Source of the DNA: Macrostomum lignano
Lineage: Eukaryota
Reading direction: 5' to 3'
Assembly (NCBI GenBank): GCA_002269645.1
Contig: NIVC01001252.1
Span: 1 to 64,000, forward strand
DNA length: 64,000 bases
Shown here: positions 1 through 13,142 of the stretch, piece by piece
Position numbering within the stretch: position 1 is the first letter of the stretch
Layout: the number at the start of each line of letters is the position of its first letter
Translations under genes and position numbers: made by a program
The notes under the pieces: model-generated
Seen by the model: only the letters and a program-made list of their open reading frames with translations
The model's database searches: none
Told to the model about the DNA's origin: nothing

Positions 1-262
1 GAATTCCCAAGCCTAAGAAACCCCTGCATCCTGACAGTCAATGAGGAATTCCTCAAGCCTAAGAAGCCCTGCATCCTGACAGTCAATGAGGAATTCCCCA
101 AGCCTAAGAAGCCCCTGCTCCTGACAGTCAATGAGGAATTCCCCAAGCCTAAGAAGCCCCTGCATCCTGACAGTCAATGAGGAATTCCCCAAGCTAAAGA
201 GACCCCTGCATCCTGACAGTCAATGGAGAATTCCCCAAGCCCAAGAAACCCCATCCTGACGA
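1..262. repeat. 46-47 bp minisatellite, about 5.5 copies (runs off window start)
   Basis: Unit gaggaattccccaagcctaagaagcccctgcatcctgacagtcaat repeated head to tail. Confidence 0.95.
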
Positions 263-1372
263 GGAGTCAAAACGGTGCCCTCCTCTCTCGAGCAGCGCAC
301 CTGATCAAAGCTTCTCCGCCAGCCAGCCAGCTTCGCTTGAATTGGCGCCAATTTAAATGTGCTGTTCTTCTCCCGGTTGACAATTTCACGGCTGTGGCCC
401 TGGGCATATGTGCCACAGGGAGGCTAGGAGGAACGCATCCAGCACCCAGTTAGGAATAAACACACAGCACACACACCAGCACACAAACAGCTAGAGGCAT
501 AAAATTTATCCGATATCCCCGAACAGAATTAACGAACAGCCGAAGATCTGGGACACTAAAACTGGCGGCATGGCAAAAATCCTCAGTTTCGTCACAGAGG
601 AGAAGCTGGTGGGGTGCATGGCCTGCGTGGGGATTCCTTCGTTTAATTTTTATCCTTCATCTACCCCTCACCCACCTCCCTAATCCTAGCTGATCCCCCC
701 CTGTCTGGAGCCATTTTTTCGGCAGTTGGGAGCTGGCGGAGGCGATATGAAAATGCGAGCAAAACTCCTTGGCATTCAGATTTTTGCCAGACCCGAGAGC
801 GTCAGCAGAATACGAAAGATGGAGACTGAGAGAGACTGCTGCTGCTGCTGCTGCGCGAGTGTGAGCACTCAAGAGGGAAGCCGGTCTGCAGCAGCTTCCT
901 GCCAACATCGTTGAACCATCATCCTTCAGCTCAGACTGGCTGGCGAAAGCTTTGAAGGAAAACTACACATTCAATGCTCTGCCCCTCGCTCTGCCCTCGC
1001 ACACTTCTATAACCTCTCTGTGCCCCAGGCAGCTGCAGACACCTCGCTCGCATGAAATCCGAGTGGCGCGGGTGGGGGGGGGGTTGGGACGGCGCAGAAT
1101 TGAGAATTGGCGGAAGAACAGAGAAATTCTCAAGAGCCCGAGAGGGTGGGTGCGCAAAAGCGGGAGATGGAGAGAAAGAAGGGGGAAGACAGGAGGGATA
1201 TTGCTCGCTTCTCCTCAGCTGATGGCTGTTCGAATATGAAGGAAGCGGCGCTGCAAGGTGCTCAGGTATACCAAAGAGCTGGCTGAGGCTGGGGTCCCTA
1301 GTAATTAGAGAGAAAGGAGCAGGCAACGGAAGTAGATTTTCAAGCGGGTTTTGAACTTCCGTGAAAACATAG

Positions 1373-1756
<384 letters not shown>

Positions 1757-2155
1757 GGCCGAGAAGCCTGCACGCACTGCACAGCTGATTAGTCAGCAGC
1801 TGATGACCAAGCTGATGAGGAAGTGATGCCTTTATCAGCTATAATGAGACGCACCAGCGGTTTTATTACAGAAGCAAGCCGGCCACACTGCCTTAAACAG
1901 AGACCTATTAATCGACAAGGACTAAGCAAAAGACTGGCTGTGCAGCGAGCTTAAGTTAGCTAATCCGCAGTTTCTGATGATGGAATTAATTAAATTTCCA
2001 TTTAGAAAATTTCGAGTATCCCATTATTGTGCACTTTAAAATGCAGGACAAGGTCTTCCGTCTTCAGCTGTCAAAAGCACCCTAGGACCCCAGGACAGCT
2101 GGACAGTTTCGAGTCTGTGGTCAACGCGCGGAAGGCAGTCGTACTGAAGGTGCCC

Positions 2156-2550
2156 GGCGACATCATGGATGAATGAATAGCTCGTAGAATGGATTGCTAT
2201 TCTGGCTCTGGCTATTTTCGTTTTTGACTCTTTTGCATCCGGTTTCCCCCGTGCCTTTTCATTGGTTGATGATTGCCATAGACAATTTTCGGCCTTCGCC
2301 CCTTTCTTTCGATGCACAAGCGCAAAGAACTGAGAATTTCAACAAAGTTCAATTTCAACACAAGTAACTTCTATTTACTAACAAGAAAGCGCTTGTGCAT
2401 CGAAAGAAAGGGGCAAAGGCCGAAAATTGTCTGTGGCAATCATCAACCAATGAAAAGGCACGGGGGGGAACTGGATGCAAAAGAGTCAAAAACGAAAATA
2501 GCCAGAGCCAGAATAGCAATCCATTCTATTCATTCATCCATGGGCGACAT
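2156..2550. mobile_element. MITE, 379 bp near-palindromic (2164-2542), 8-bp TSD (hAT/P-type)
   Basis: GGCGACAT at 2156-2163 and 2543-2550; arms about 2164-2325 and 2388-2542 are reverse complements starting CATGGATGAATGAATAG. Confidence 0.9.
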
Positions 2551-3164
2551 CGTGACTGAGATTTTTGTTAAGCAGTTTGTGGTCTGTGGTCAAGACAGTC
2601 CTGCTGCAGAACGCTAAGACTAAACTGTTGACGGACTTGCACGATCAGCAGGTTGAAGACGATGCTGTCAAGCACTGCATCGCCGCGCGCGGCCAAGGCT
2701 CATCGAAGCGATCTGTAGGCCCCATCAGTCCTCCCAAGCACTCCCTTGCAGATCCCCACCCCGAGCGTCAGCGCATCAACAGAGAAGTTCGCTTACTGTC
2801 TGTATTGATCTCCAATCGCTTCGCCACGAGTTGTGCAACTTGCAGGATTGCGCAATTTTTCTCTTTCGTTTTTAGAGCTCTCCCAAAAACAGCTTCTCTT
2901 GATGTATATACCTACACACATGCATAAAGCCAGTGAGGGGATCAAATCCCAGCGGAGATGGGGGGTTGGCAATAAATATAGAGACAAGGCCAAGCTCCGG
3001 GATTGGCCAGCTGGGATGCCAGCCTGGAAGCCCCAGAATACGCAGGCTTATGCCAACCGATGTCTCTTGGATACAGACAATAGCTATGGGACTGAGAATC
3101 TCAACGATTCCCTGATGATGGAAGCCCTGAGCTTGGTGTCCAGAAGTCAGATGAGCTCAGGGAG

Positions 3165-3166
<2 letters not shown>

Positions 3167-3234
<68 letters not shown>
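3167..3234. repeat. (TC)n microsatellite
   Basis: Direct reading. Confidence 0.95.
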
Positions 3235-3582
3235 CTATTTCTCTGCCTGAGTAGCCCATCATTGAGGCCATCGGTTCAATAATTAATGAAGGAATCGCGA
3301 CTTGGCAGCGGGTTTTTGGAAGATCTATGTCTCTACAGAGTGGTCGATGAGTCAGGATCGAGTGGCGAGAGACACTGCGAGAGCTCGAAGCTAGGGGGGG
3401 GAAGCTGGGGCCAAGCTGATGAAGACAAGACGCAAGCCATGTGTTCGCAAATCTTCCATCGCATCTGGGGCTGCTGAACTCTCATAAAGCTGCGCCAAAC
3501 CCCAGCTACTCAATTTTTATCGATTTTTAGCGAGTCCCAACTGTACCTGTCTAGGCCAGGTGTCCGAAATTGGCTGAATGGT

Positions 3583-3830
3583 CTCAACCCTGTTATCCCC
3601 TGTCTCAACCCTGTTATCCCCTGTCTCAACCATGTTATCCCCTGTCTCACCCTGTTATCCCCTGTCTCACTCTGTTATCCCCTGTCTCACCCTGTTATCC
3701 CCTGTCTCACTCTGTTATCCCTTGTCTCACTCTGTCATCCCCTGTCTCACCCTGTTATCCCCTGTCTCACTCTGTTATCCCTTGTCTCACTCTGTCATCC
3801 CCTGTCTCACCCTGTTATCCCCTGTTATCC
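3583..3830. repeat. 20-bp minisatellite
   Basis: Unit ccctgtctcaccctgttatc. Confidence 0.93.
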
Positions 3831-4257
3831 TGTCTGGCACAGTTCAGTCGGCTGCCCTTCAACTTCGTGACTCCACTCTCCTTATACCGGTCAGTTCAGC
3901 TCTGATCCTGTCTTAAGTACGGGATCCGGGACGCACTCAAAAAACTTAACGCATAAATGAGCCGCTATACTCGCTAGAAACAGTTTTTTGACGATGAGAA
4001 GAAATTAAATCCAGACTTGAAAGGTTTCGGCTCGCATAAAACTCTCTTATTTATGGATCGAAGGCTTTGGGGTGTGTTTACGGTCCACTGAGCCACAGTG
4101 CCGCCCTGGAGGGGCTCAGCTCTGGATGGGCAGAAGATTCGAGGCGGTCGAGCTTAAAAGATACAATTTTGGGGCCCAACTGCTGAGGCTGGAGGCCGGA
4201 GCTCATTGAGCTAATTGGCTTGCAAGCTGGCCGCGTCACCGATCTCGGTCAGGGACA

Positions 4258-5580
4258 TTGCTGCCCAACTCTCTTCTCTCCCCCTTTCTTCTGCCCAACT
4301 GTCTTCTCTCCCCATTTCTTCTGCCCTACTCTCTTCTCTCCCCCTTTCTTCTGCCCAACTCTCTTCTCCCCCTTTCTTCTGCCCAACTCTCTTCTCTCCC
4401 CCTTTCTTCTGCCCAACTCTCTTCTCTCCCCTACCCTCTTCTCTCCCCTACCCTCTTCTCTAGTCTACTCTCTTCTCTAGTCTACTCTCTTCTCTAGTCT
4501 ACTCTCTTCTCTAGTCTACTCTCTTCTCTAGTCTACTCTCTTCTCTAGTCTACTCTCTTCTCTCCCCCTCTCTTCTCTCCCCTACTCTCTTCTCTCCCCT
4601 ACTCTCTTCTCTCCCCTACTCTCTTCTCTCCCCTCTCTTCTCTCCCCTACTCTCTTCTCCCCCCTCTCTTCTCTCCCCCGCTCTTCTCCCCTACTCTCTT
4701 CTCTCCTCTACTCTCCTCTCTCCCCCTCTCTTCTCTCCCCTACTCTCTTCTCTCCCCTTTCTTCTGCCCAACTCTCTTCTCTCCCCTACCCTCTTCTCTC
4801 CCCTACCCTCTTCTCTAGTCTACTCTCTTCTCTAGTCTACTCTCTTCTCTAGTCTACTCTCTTCTCTAGTCTACCCTCTTCTCTAGTCTACTCTCTTCTC
4901 TAGTCTACTCTCTTCTCTAGTCTACTCTCTTCTCTAGTCTACTCTCTTCTCTAGTCTACTCTCTTCTCTCCCCTCTCTTCTCTCCCCTACTCTCTTCTCT
5001 CCCCTACTCTCTTCTCTCCCCTACTCTCTTCTCTCCCCTCTCTTCTCTCCCCTACTCTCTTCTCCCCCCTCTCTTCTCTCCCCCGCTCTTCTCCCCTACT
5101 CTCTTCTCTCCTCTACTCTCCTCTCTCCCCCTCTCTTCTCTCCCCTACTCTCTTCTCTCCCCCTTTCTTCTGCCCAACTCTCTTCTCTCCCCTACCCTCT
5201 TCTCTCCCCTACCCTCTTCTCTAGTCTACTCTCTTCTCTAGTCTACTCTCTTCTCTAGTCTACTCTCTTCTCTAGTCTACTCTCTTCTCTAGTCTACTCT
5301 CTTCTCTCCCCCTCTCTTCTCTCCCCTACTCTCTTCTCTCCCCCTCTCTTCTCTCCCCTACTCTCTTCTCTCCCCTACTCTCTTCTCTCCCCTACTCTCT
5401 TCTCTCCCCATCTCCTCTCTCCCCTACTCTCTTCTCTCCCCCTCTCTTCTCTCCCCTACTCTCTTCTCTCCCCTCTCTTCTCTCCCCTACTCTCTTCCCC
5501 CCCCTCTCTTCTCTCCCCTACTCTCTTCTCCCCCTCTCTTTTCTCACCCTCTCTTCTCTCTCCTACCCCCCTCTCCCACC
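4258..5580. repeat. Pyrimidine-rich compound minisatellite with higher-order duplications
   Basis: Units ctactctcttctctcccc / ctactctcttctctagt / ctgcccaactctcttctctccccctttctt; blocks recur at about 4750 and 5160. Confidence 0.93.
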
Positions 5581-8328
5581 GTCTACTCGTCCACTACATC
5601 CGAACTCGATTCCATGACCCAGCACACTTTCCACTTTACAATTCATCTCTTCATTCCTCCTTTTCATAAAACTCGTAATTTCGCTCGCGTGTCTTCCGCG
5701 ATCCAAGTTTTTCCCAACCAACTACATGCATAACCTCGCCAACAGTGAAGCATCATGACTCCAGTTTACGACCGACAATCCAGTACCAATTTATCTGTCA
5801 AAGAGCAGCAGTAAAACAAAAAAGAAAATTCCGACAACTCGACGATTTCCTAGAAAGGCGTGTCCCGACAAGGGCCGCGTGAAACATGCTGGCCGAGTCT
5901 GCGGACAAGACATTTACTGTAGCTGTCACTTTTCCTTCACAGCTTTCATCCCGAAAGCAAGCCGGGCAAATAATTATTTTCACTCACCCGTGGACCCCAA
6001 GGCGACAAATTGCGAATGAAAGACTTAAATAAATTCCAACCTGAGGCTATCAGTGCCTACCCGCATCCCTAAAATCCTAAATTGTGAGACATAGAGAAGG
6101 GATAAAAAAGGAGAGAATCTGTGTTGCTGTCACGCAACTGTTACATTTCTAGCGTAGCTTCATGGACCACTGAGCCGCTGGACTGGAAGCCAAATATTTT
6201 AGTGAAGTTGATTGAGGTCAGTAATAATAATAAATAAGTCTCGTTATAAAATTACAAAGATCAGAAAGTAAGAAATCCATGCCTAATTATAAATGGTTGA
6301 TGGTTGTCAAGCCTTTACCCAGTCCTGGGGTTTAGGGGTCCTTGCAACTCATTAGTGTAGCGCGTAGAATATACGGCCCGGATGCGAGCATAAAATATAA
6401 ATCTTTTTACAGCTCTCTCCTGTATAAAACGAGTCAAATCTCAGGGAATAAAATTTCGCACCCGCCGCTGTGAAAATTCACTCAAAACTGGCACGATCAT
6501 GGACCACTGACATAACTGGACTGGAAAGCCCCGGGATTGCGGACAATCGTAAACAGGATTTCTAGTACAGTTTTGAAGTCAAAGTACATGTCGGTCTCTT
6601 TTAAACCGATCAAAAATTATTAATCCCAAGGAAAACTGCCATAACGAACGTCGTATTAAGTATAAGATATTCTATGGGTTTTTCGGTCGGTATTTCACTT
6701 AAATCCCGAGAGCCTTCGGCTACTTTAGCCTAAACTACTTTAATTTTGCGGGATGTATTCAGATAAATCCCGGAGCCATACTTGTAATGTCTATGGTTGA
6801 AGTTGGGAATGGGGGTGTGGGGGCGAAGCCCCTGCTGGGCGTGTTGGGGATTCTTACCATAGATAAAATTTCATTAAGAAATTTCTCAAGTCACGAAGGA
6901 AGAGAAGAGAGAAGCTCGCTTATTTAGATGCATACAATGGGAGATTATACATATGGTACTAGAGGTAAACAATAAGCAAAATCACGAGTGGCGTAGGTAT
7001 AGACTTATTGTCACTATCGTTTAGCATACTCGACTAGAAGCATTGTTTAACGCTGAAGTTTTGTTTAACGATGTCTCAGCGAATCAGAAACGTCCTAGAC
7101 TGCGCAGGTTTTGGCCATAGACATCGACAACGACATCGACACTCTATTCCTAATGTTTTTCATGCATTGAACGTTTAGTACAATACGAAGTACATATAAA
7201 ATAAATTGTCTATGGCAAAATTTTCAATCATCGTTAAACAATCAATCTTTGACTGAAGCGTTGTTAGTAAAGGTAAACCATAGTAACAATAATCCTTGCA
7301 ATATGTCCGGGAAAGTGATCGATAAAATCCCGTAAACAAAAATCTATGTCAATAACCTCCTTGAAAGTGAGCTTTAAAGTGGTTTAATATCGCTTAACCA
7401 TCAGAAACTCGAGGCGAAGAGAAAAACCGGAAGGGGGGAACTTTCTACCATAGACTAAATTCTGGTGACAAAGGCTAACAGCGACCGTAAGGAAGGGAAA
7501 AAGAGAGAAAAAGTGCCACCACCCTGCACCAAGCTGGTGTCCACCGACATCCAGATCATTTCTTAGAAAATCCATGATTTCTTGGAAATTCTTATAGGCC
7601 AGTTAGTTTGGGATCCATGCAGCCAAGGTGCGTAAAATATCTGAAGACGGACGTCATAAATTCATAAACTTTCCTACGACTTTCTTCTCTCTTCGAATTG
7701 TGCGCTGGCCTTTTTGCGTTTCATTTTATTTAAAAAAAGACGAAGCTTAAACCTCTGAGACTGACCACTGCAGTTCTAAGCAAGCCACAAGGCTGTCTCG
7801 TGTAAACCACTAGGCTTGTAAATAATTTAGTTTCAACATCCTGTTGGCTTTACTCCCGCGACAGACTTTTATTGATGTAGAGCAAAGCGACCATGGTGCG
7901 GGATTAGTAAGCTTCAAAAGCGAAGCAGAGACTTAATGGTCGGGACCCGTCAGAAGCAGACAAATGCAGAAGACAAGCTGCTAGGCTGGTAGAGCGTTCA
8001 AAAGATCCTAAGGCTGCAGGCGCTATTAAACACGAATTGGCCAGCCTAAAGGCTAAACAGAAGCAAATCTCCGAGCCAAATATCTGTGCCACCGGGCCTG
8101 CACCTGCACTTTCACTCGCTTTTTCTCTCTTTCTTCTTCCACACCCCGAATTCTGCTTCCTGGCTTCTAAGTGCATCAATTTTATTTTTTAGACTGTTCC
8201 AACCTAGAAAACTTCCTCGGTGAAGGCATTAGTGCAGCTGGAGGCTGGGGCTCCAGAAAGCAACATCTGGAGTAGTAAAAAAGTCTATTTTTAATTATGG
8301 AAAAAACAGATATAGAATCTAGAATAGT

Positions 8329-8965
8329 GGCTGGCATCCCTTCTGTAGCTGGCATCCCCTCCGTAGCTGGCATCTCCTCTGTAGCTGGCATCTCCTCTGT
8401 AGCTGGCATCTCCTCTGTAGCTGGCATCACTTCTGTAGCTGGCATCCCCTCTGTAGCTGGCATCCCCTCTGTAGCTGGCATCTCCTCTGTAGCTGGCATC
8501 TCCTCTGTAGCTGGCATCTCCTCTGTAGCTGGCATCTCCTCTGTAGCTGGCATCCCTTCTGTAGCTGGTATCCTCTCTGTAGCTGGCATCCCCTCTGTAG
8601 CTGGCATCTCCTCTGTAGCTGGCATCTCCTCTGTAGCTGGCATCTCCTCTGTAGCTGGCATCTCCTCTGTAGCTGGCATCTCCTCTGTAGCTGGCATCTC
8701 CTCTGTAGCTGGCATCCCTTCTGTAGCTGGCATCTCCTCTGTAGATGGCATCTCCTCTGTAGCTGGCATCTCCTCTGTAGCTGACATCTCCTATGTAGCT
8801 GGCATCCCTTCTGTTGCTGGCATCCCTTCTGTAGCTGGCATCCCCTCTGTAGCTGGCATCCCCTCTGTAGCTGGCATCTCCTCTGTAGCTGGCATCTCCT
8901 CTGTAGCTGCCATCCCCTCTGTAGCTGGCATCCCCTCTGTAGCTGGCATCCCCTCTGTAACTCTT
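8329..8965. repeat. 18-bp minisatellite
   Basis: Unit gtagctggcatc(c/t)cctct, about 35 copies; open in several frames. Confidence 0.95.
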
Positions 8966-9404
8966 TAGCTGCAACTGTACTAACCACTGCCAATATTGCT
9001 TAACCTGCAGTACTTGATTATCTGTTTCTATTACCAAGAACTAAGTGTAGAAGCCTCACAAAATAGCGTGGCCACCAAACCCGACTAAAAGCATATTTTT
9101 AGCGCAGTGTCCCTCCCTGGGTCCTCGCTTCATTGTGCGGCGGGAGCCCGAATTTCCCTCGGTCCGAATCCCCCATCGAGGCGGTAGCTGCTCGAACACT
9201 GATAAGAAAGCATGCAGCCCGGAGGCGACTTTGCTATCCGGACCAGTCAAGCGTAGAGAAACGAAGGAACGGAGCGAGAAAGGACGCGGATGGGAAACCC
9301 AAATGGCTTTAGCGAAGACTAAAAACTGCAATTCTGATCCGGTATAGAAAATATCAACAGGGGTTAAAGCATCGAAGAAAAGCTTTCAAGTCCAAGGACC
9401 CTCT

Positions 9405-9700
9405 AGAGCTACTGGAATTTAGTGCTCCATGGTTTGATCAATCGATCTCCCTGCCAGACTCTAGGATCTGTTAGAACTCCATGGTTTGATCAATCGGTCT
9501 CCCTTGCCAGACTCTAAGATCTGTTTGAACTCCATGGTTTGATCAATCGGTCTCCCTTGCCAGACTCTAAGATCTGTTTGAACTCCATGGTTTGATCAAT
9601 CGGTCTCCCTTGCCAGACTCTAGGATCTGTTTGAACTCCATGGTTTGATCAATCGGTCTCCCTTGCCAGACTCTAGGATCTGTTCGAACTCCATGGCAGG
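9405..9700. repeat. About 52-bp minisatellite, 5-6 copies
   Basis: Unit gaactccatggtttgatcaatcggtctcccttgccagactctaggatctgttt. Confidence 0.93.
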
Positions 9701-11184
9701 CTCCATGGATTGCTGTTTCACTTTTCAGATTGAAGTATTCATAGTATTCAGATCAGACAAATCTGTGTAGATTTTGACCAACTAAAAACTACCCTAGTAT
9801 TTTTGTTCATCAATTCCAGGTGCTAGGACCTAGTCGCCATGAAAATGCCATCGGTGATGAATGCAATATTGGCAACAGCAAAATCACTATTCAGACCAAA
9901 CAGACGGCTGCTATGTATTGATAAAGGTTCCGGCAAATATAAGGGTCCCTGGCCAGAAAAAGTTGAGAGAATAAAAATGCAAGAGGTTGTATTTACCAGG
10001 ACGAATTTTATTGTATTTCCGGGAAATGTAAAGGCACAAAGAGATTTTAAGCCGCCACATTTATATAAAACAGAACTGAATCCATTGGCCCTCAAATATA
10101 GCTTGAATGCTGGCATGCAGTTGGAGGTCCCTGGGGAGTGCAGACGGCGAGAGGAGGGTAAGCGGTTTGAAATCTGAGAAGCTTATATACACTGGAGCAG
10201 CCCTGCTGAAGCACTCCATCAGCAGCAGCAGCCATGCAGTCCGGTGGAGGCCGCGCATGCTGTACACGCACAAACACACACGGGAAGCCTGACGGGTCCT
10301 CCCTGATCCCCCAGAATCCCCATCAAGGGGAGGAGGAGATGGAAGCGGCGGTCAATCAAGCCTGAAGCAGTCTGCAGCCAAGCCGAGTCTAAAATCAACA
10401 AGAGCTGAAATTTCTTCTCTTTCTCTTTCGCTCTTTTGCTTTTGCTTTTCTCGTTAGGCTGGAGGGAGTGTCTTCGCCTCAGTTCAGCGCGCGGTGGGCC
10501 TTGTTTGACCGCCGGGGGCTCAGCTTACGGCTGCATGGTCGTCGCCAACCCAAACACAAAAGACCACTCGAAGGATTGTTAAAAGCAGAAAAAAGAACAC
10601 GACGAAACACGGCAAAGATCGGCGAGTACAAGCGAGCAGAAACCCGACTCGAATTGCAACCTCGGAAGTATTTTGCGATGATTATGAGCATTAATATTCG
10701 ATTAGTAAATGTTATAAGTATTGCTTGATATAGTTAGGGAGAGAAACGAGTATTATAGAAGCTGGGAAATTAATGGGATGCAGCGGGATTGGAGCACTCT
10801 GTCACGTTCAATCGACTATGGCAAGAAACACGACCGAGCAGACTCAGGAAAATTCTTAGTAATGGGTTTTAGGCGGGGTTAATGTGAGAAATTGATGCAT
10901 CCGAGTCGCATTAGCTGCTGAGGCTGAGAAAACTCGGAGGCTGAAGACACGATGGCGAATTGATACGGCGGCGGGATCCCCCTAATCAGATCCTCAAAAT
11001 CGCCAATGAGAAAGCGACTGGGACACCGCTGAATTCGTTTTTATAGTTTTGCCCCGGTGCCGGTCCAAGGAGAACTTGAAGGAGAATCTGGGACCATTTT
11101 TTACGATTTAGAAATACATCTATGAGTAGATTCCAACTGGCAAACCATATGTTGGTTTTGATCAGAACTTGCTTGTACGATAAA

Positions 11185-11500
11185 CAATAATAATAATAAT
11201 TGACTACACCTACCCCAATAGGCAGATGTGCAACCGACAGCTCAGCCGCAGCTATTGCTCGGCGCATCTGAAGGCTGCGTACGGCTGTTCAGTCCAAGGA
11301 CTGGGGGGTCGCCACACACACCCTCAATTACCCCAGCTAATGCTGGCACCCATTTTACAGCTGGGTGAACTGAAGCAATGCAGAGTTAAGTGTCTTGCTC
11401 AAGGACACAAATTGTTCCGTGTGGGTCGAGAATCGAACCCCCCTGATTTGAGTCTTCCTTCTAGTCGTGAGTCCGACGCTCTGACCACTCGGCCACAACA
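11185..11500 (-). mobile_element. tRNA-derived SINE with CORE-like central domain and (ATT)n tail
   Basis: Minus strand: A-box TGGCCGAGTGG, B-box GGTTCGATTC, then GTGTCCTTGAGCAAGACACTTAAC...CTGTAAAATGGG resembling the CORE domain, ending in ATT repeats. Confidence 0.8.
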
Positions 11501-11732
11501 CCCTTGTAAAAGCAGTAGAATATGGCGCGCTGGAACTCATGGTGTCCTCACAATGAGCGTTTTGGTGAAGAGTTTGCAGTCCAGATCGCTCTCAGAGTTC
11601 GATCCAGAAGCAGATCCTGCCGCAGAGCCGCCTTTTTCTGTCTCTAGGGAGAACTGCCTGGCTCCTGCGAGACAGTTTTGCGATTTTCTACGGATTAAAT
11701 GCATACTGAATCAATAAATTATATAGGATTAT

Positions 11733-12142
11733 CTAGATTTCCTATTAGATGCTGTGGATTTGAGTCTCTAGATTTCCTATTAGATGCTGTAGATTTGAGT
11801 CTCTAGATTTCCTATTAGATGCTGTAGATTTGAGTCTCTAGATTTCCTATTAGATGCTGTAGATTTGAGTCTCTAGATTTCGTATTGGATGCTGTGGATT
11901 TGAGTCTCTAGATTTCCTATTAGATGCTAAAGATTTGAGTCTCTAGATTTCCCATTCGATACTGTGGAGTTGAGCCTCTAGATTTCCTATTCGATGCTGT
12001 GGAGTTGAGCCTCTAGATTTCCTATTCGATGCTGTGGATTTGAGTCTCTAGATTTCCTATTCGATGCTGTAGATTTGAGTCTCTAGATTTCCTATTAGAT
12101 GCTGTAGATTTGAGTCTCTAGATTTCCTATTAGATACTGTTG
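11733..12142. repeat. 35-bp minisatellite, about 11 copies
   Basis: Unit tctagatttcctattagatgctgtagatttgagtc. Confidence 0.95.
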
Positions 12143-13019
12143 ATATAGCAACAATTGCAAAAAATTTACATCTTTGACTTCTCGAGAATCAAGAAGCCAA
12201 AAAAATATTTTTATAATACACCTTTCGATCCAAATGCATCCGGGATTCTCATCGCATATTCATAGCAATTCCGAAAACCTGTTGATTCGGGAAAAGCCAG
12301 CTTGATGGAGAGAGAGACTGCCAGAATTATGGCAGAGTATTGAGCTCGTGCAGTTTTAGCTTCATCCGGGGAGGGGGGTACTCTAATATTGCATCTCCGT
12401 ATTGCTGATGTCGCGCTGAAGGACCTGGCTGGAGATTGTAATGCGTTTTTTCTGGCTAACAGCATGCATTACCAGGCTAGCCCCCCCTCCTTCTCGCTGG
12501 ATAAAATATTAAAATAAAGCTTTTCCCTCTATGCTCGCCCCAGCAGGGAGGCTTCAGAGCCCTGATAGGATGCTCCCGATCCGGAAAGTATTATTGGCCT
12601 CTAAAAAGTGGAAAAACACAAATCCTATTTTACCTGTGCTAGCGCGGTCAGGCGTGTGACTGTGGATAGAGACTGGAGAGCTCGCAAGCCCCAGGTGCGA
12701 TTTTCATTCTACAATCTCCGCTATTTAAGTTAAAAATAAACGCACACCGAGCTAGCTACCAAAATAAAATACAATGAATGCTGCTTAGGAGCGTGCCGTG
12801 GATGAATGGCCGGAGATCGCCTATGAGCTGGGGAGCTTTTGCTCTGATTGCTTTGTTTCTTTTCTTCCAGTCAATGCGTCACTATTGCAGCTCAATAGTC
12901 AGTATGCGATGCATAGGAAAATAGTGACTGAACTCTAAATATATAACCATAAATATGGCTCCAGTTTTGTCATCATTCTCGATTGGAATATTCCTTCAGT
13001 ATATTTTTATAATCACAAA

Positions 13020-13142
13020 AATTAATATTACTACACCTGCCCCGATTGGGCCAGATGTGCAACCGACAGCTCAGCCGCAGCTATTGCGCGGCGCATCTGA
13101 AGGCTGCGTACGGCTGTTCAGTCCAAGGGCTGGGGGGTTTCG
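13020..13142 (-). mobile_element. 5'-truncated copy of the 11.2-11.5 kb SINE
   Basis: cagatgtgcaaccgacagctcagccgcagctattg...gttcagtccaagg nearly identical to 11223-11300. Confidence 0.85.
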
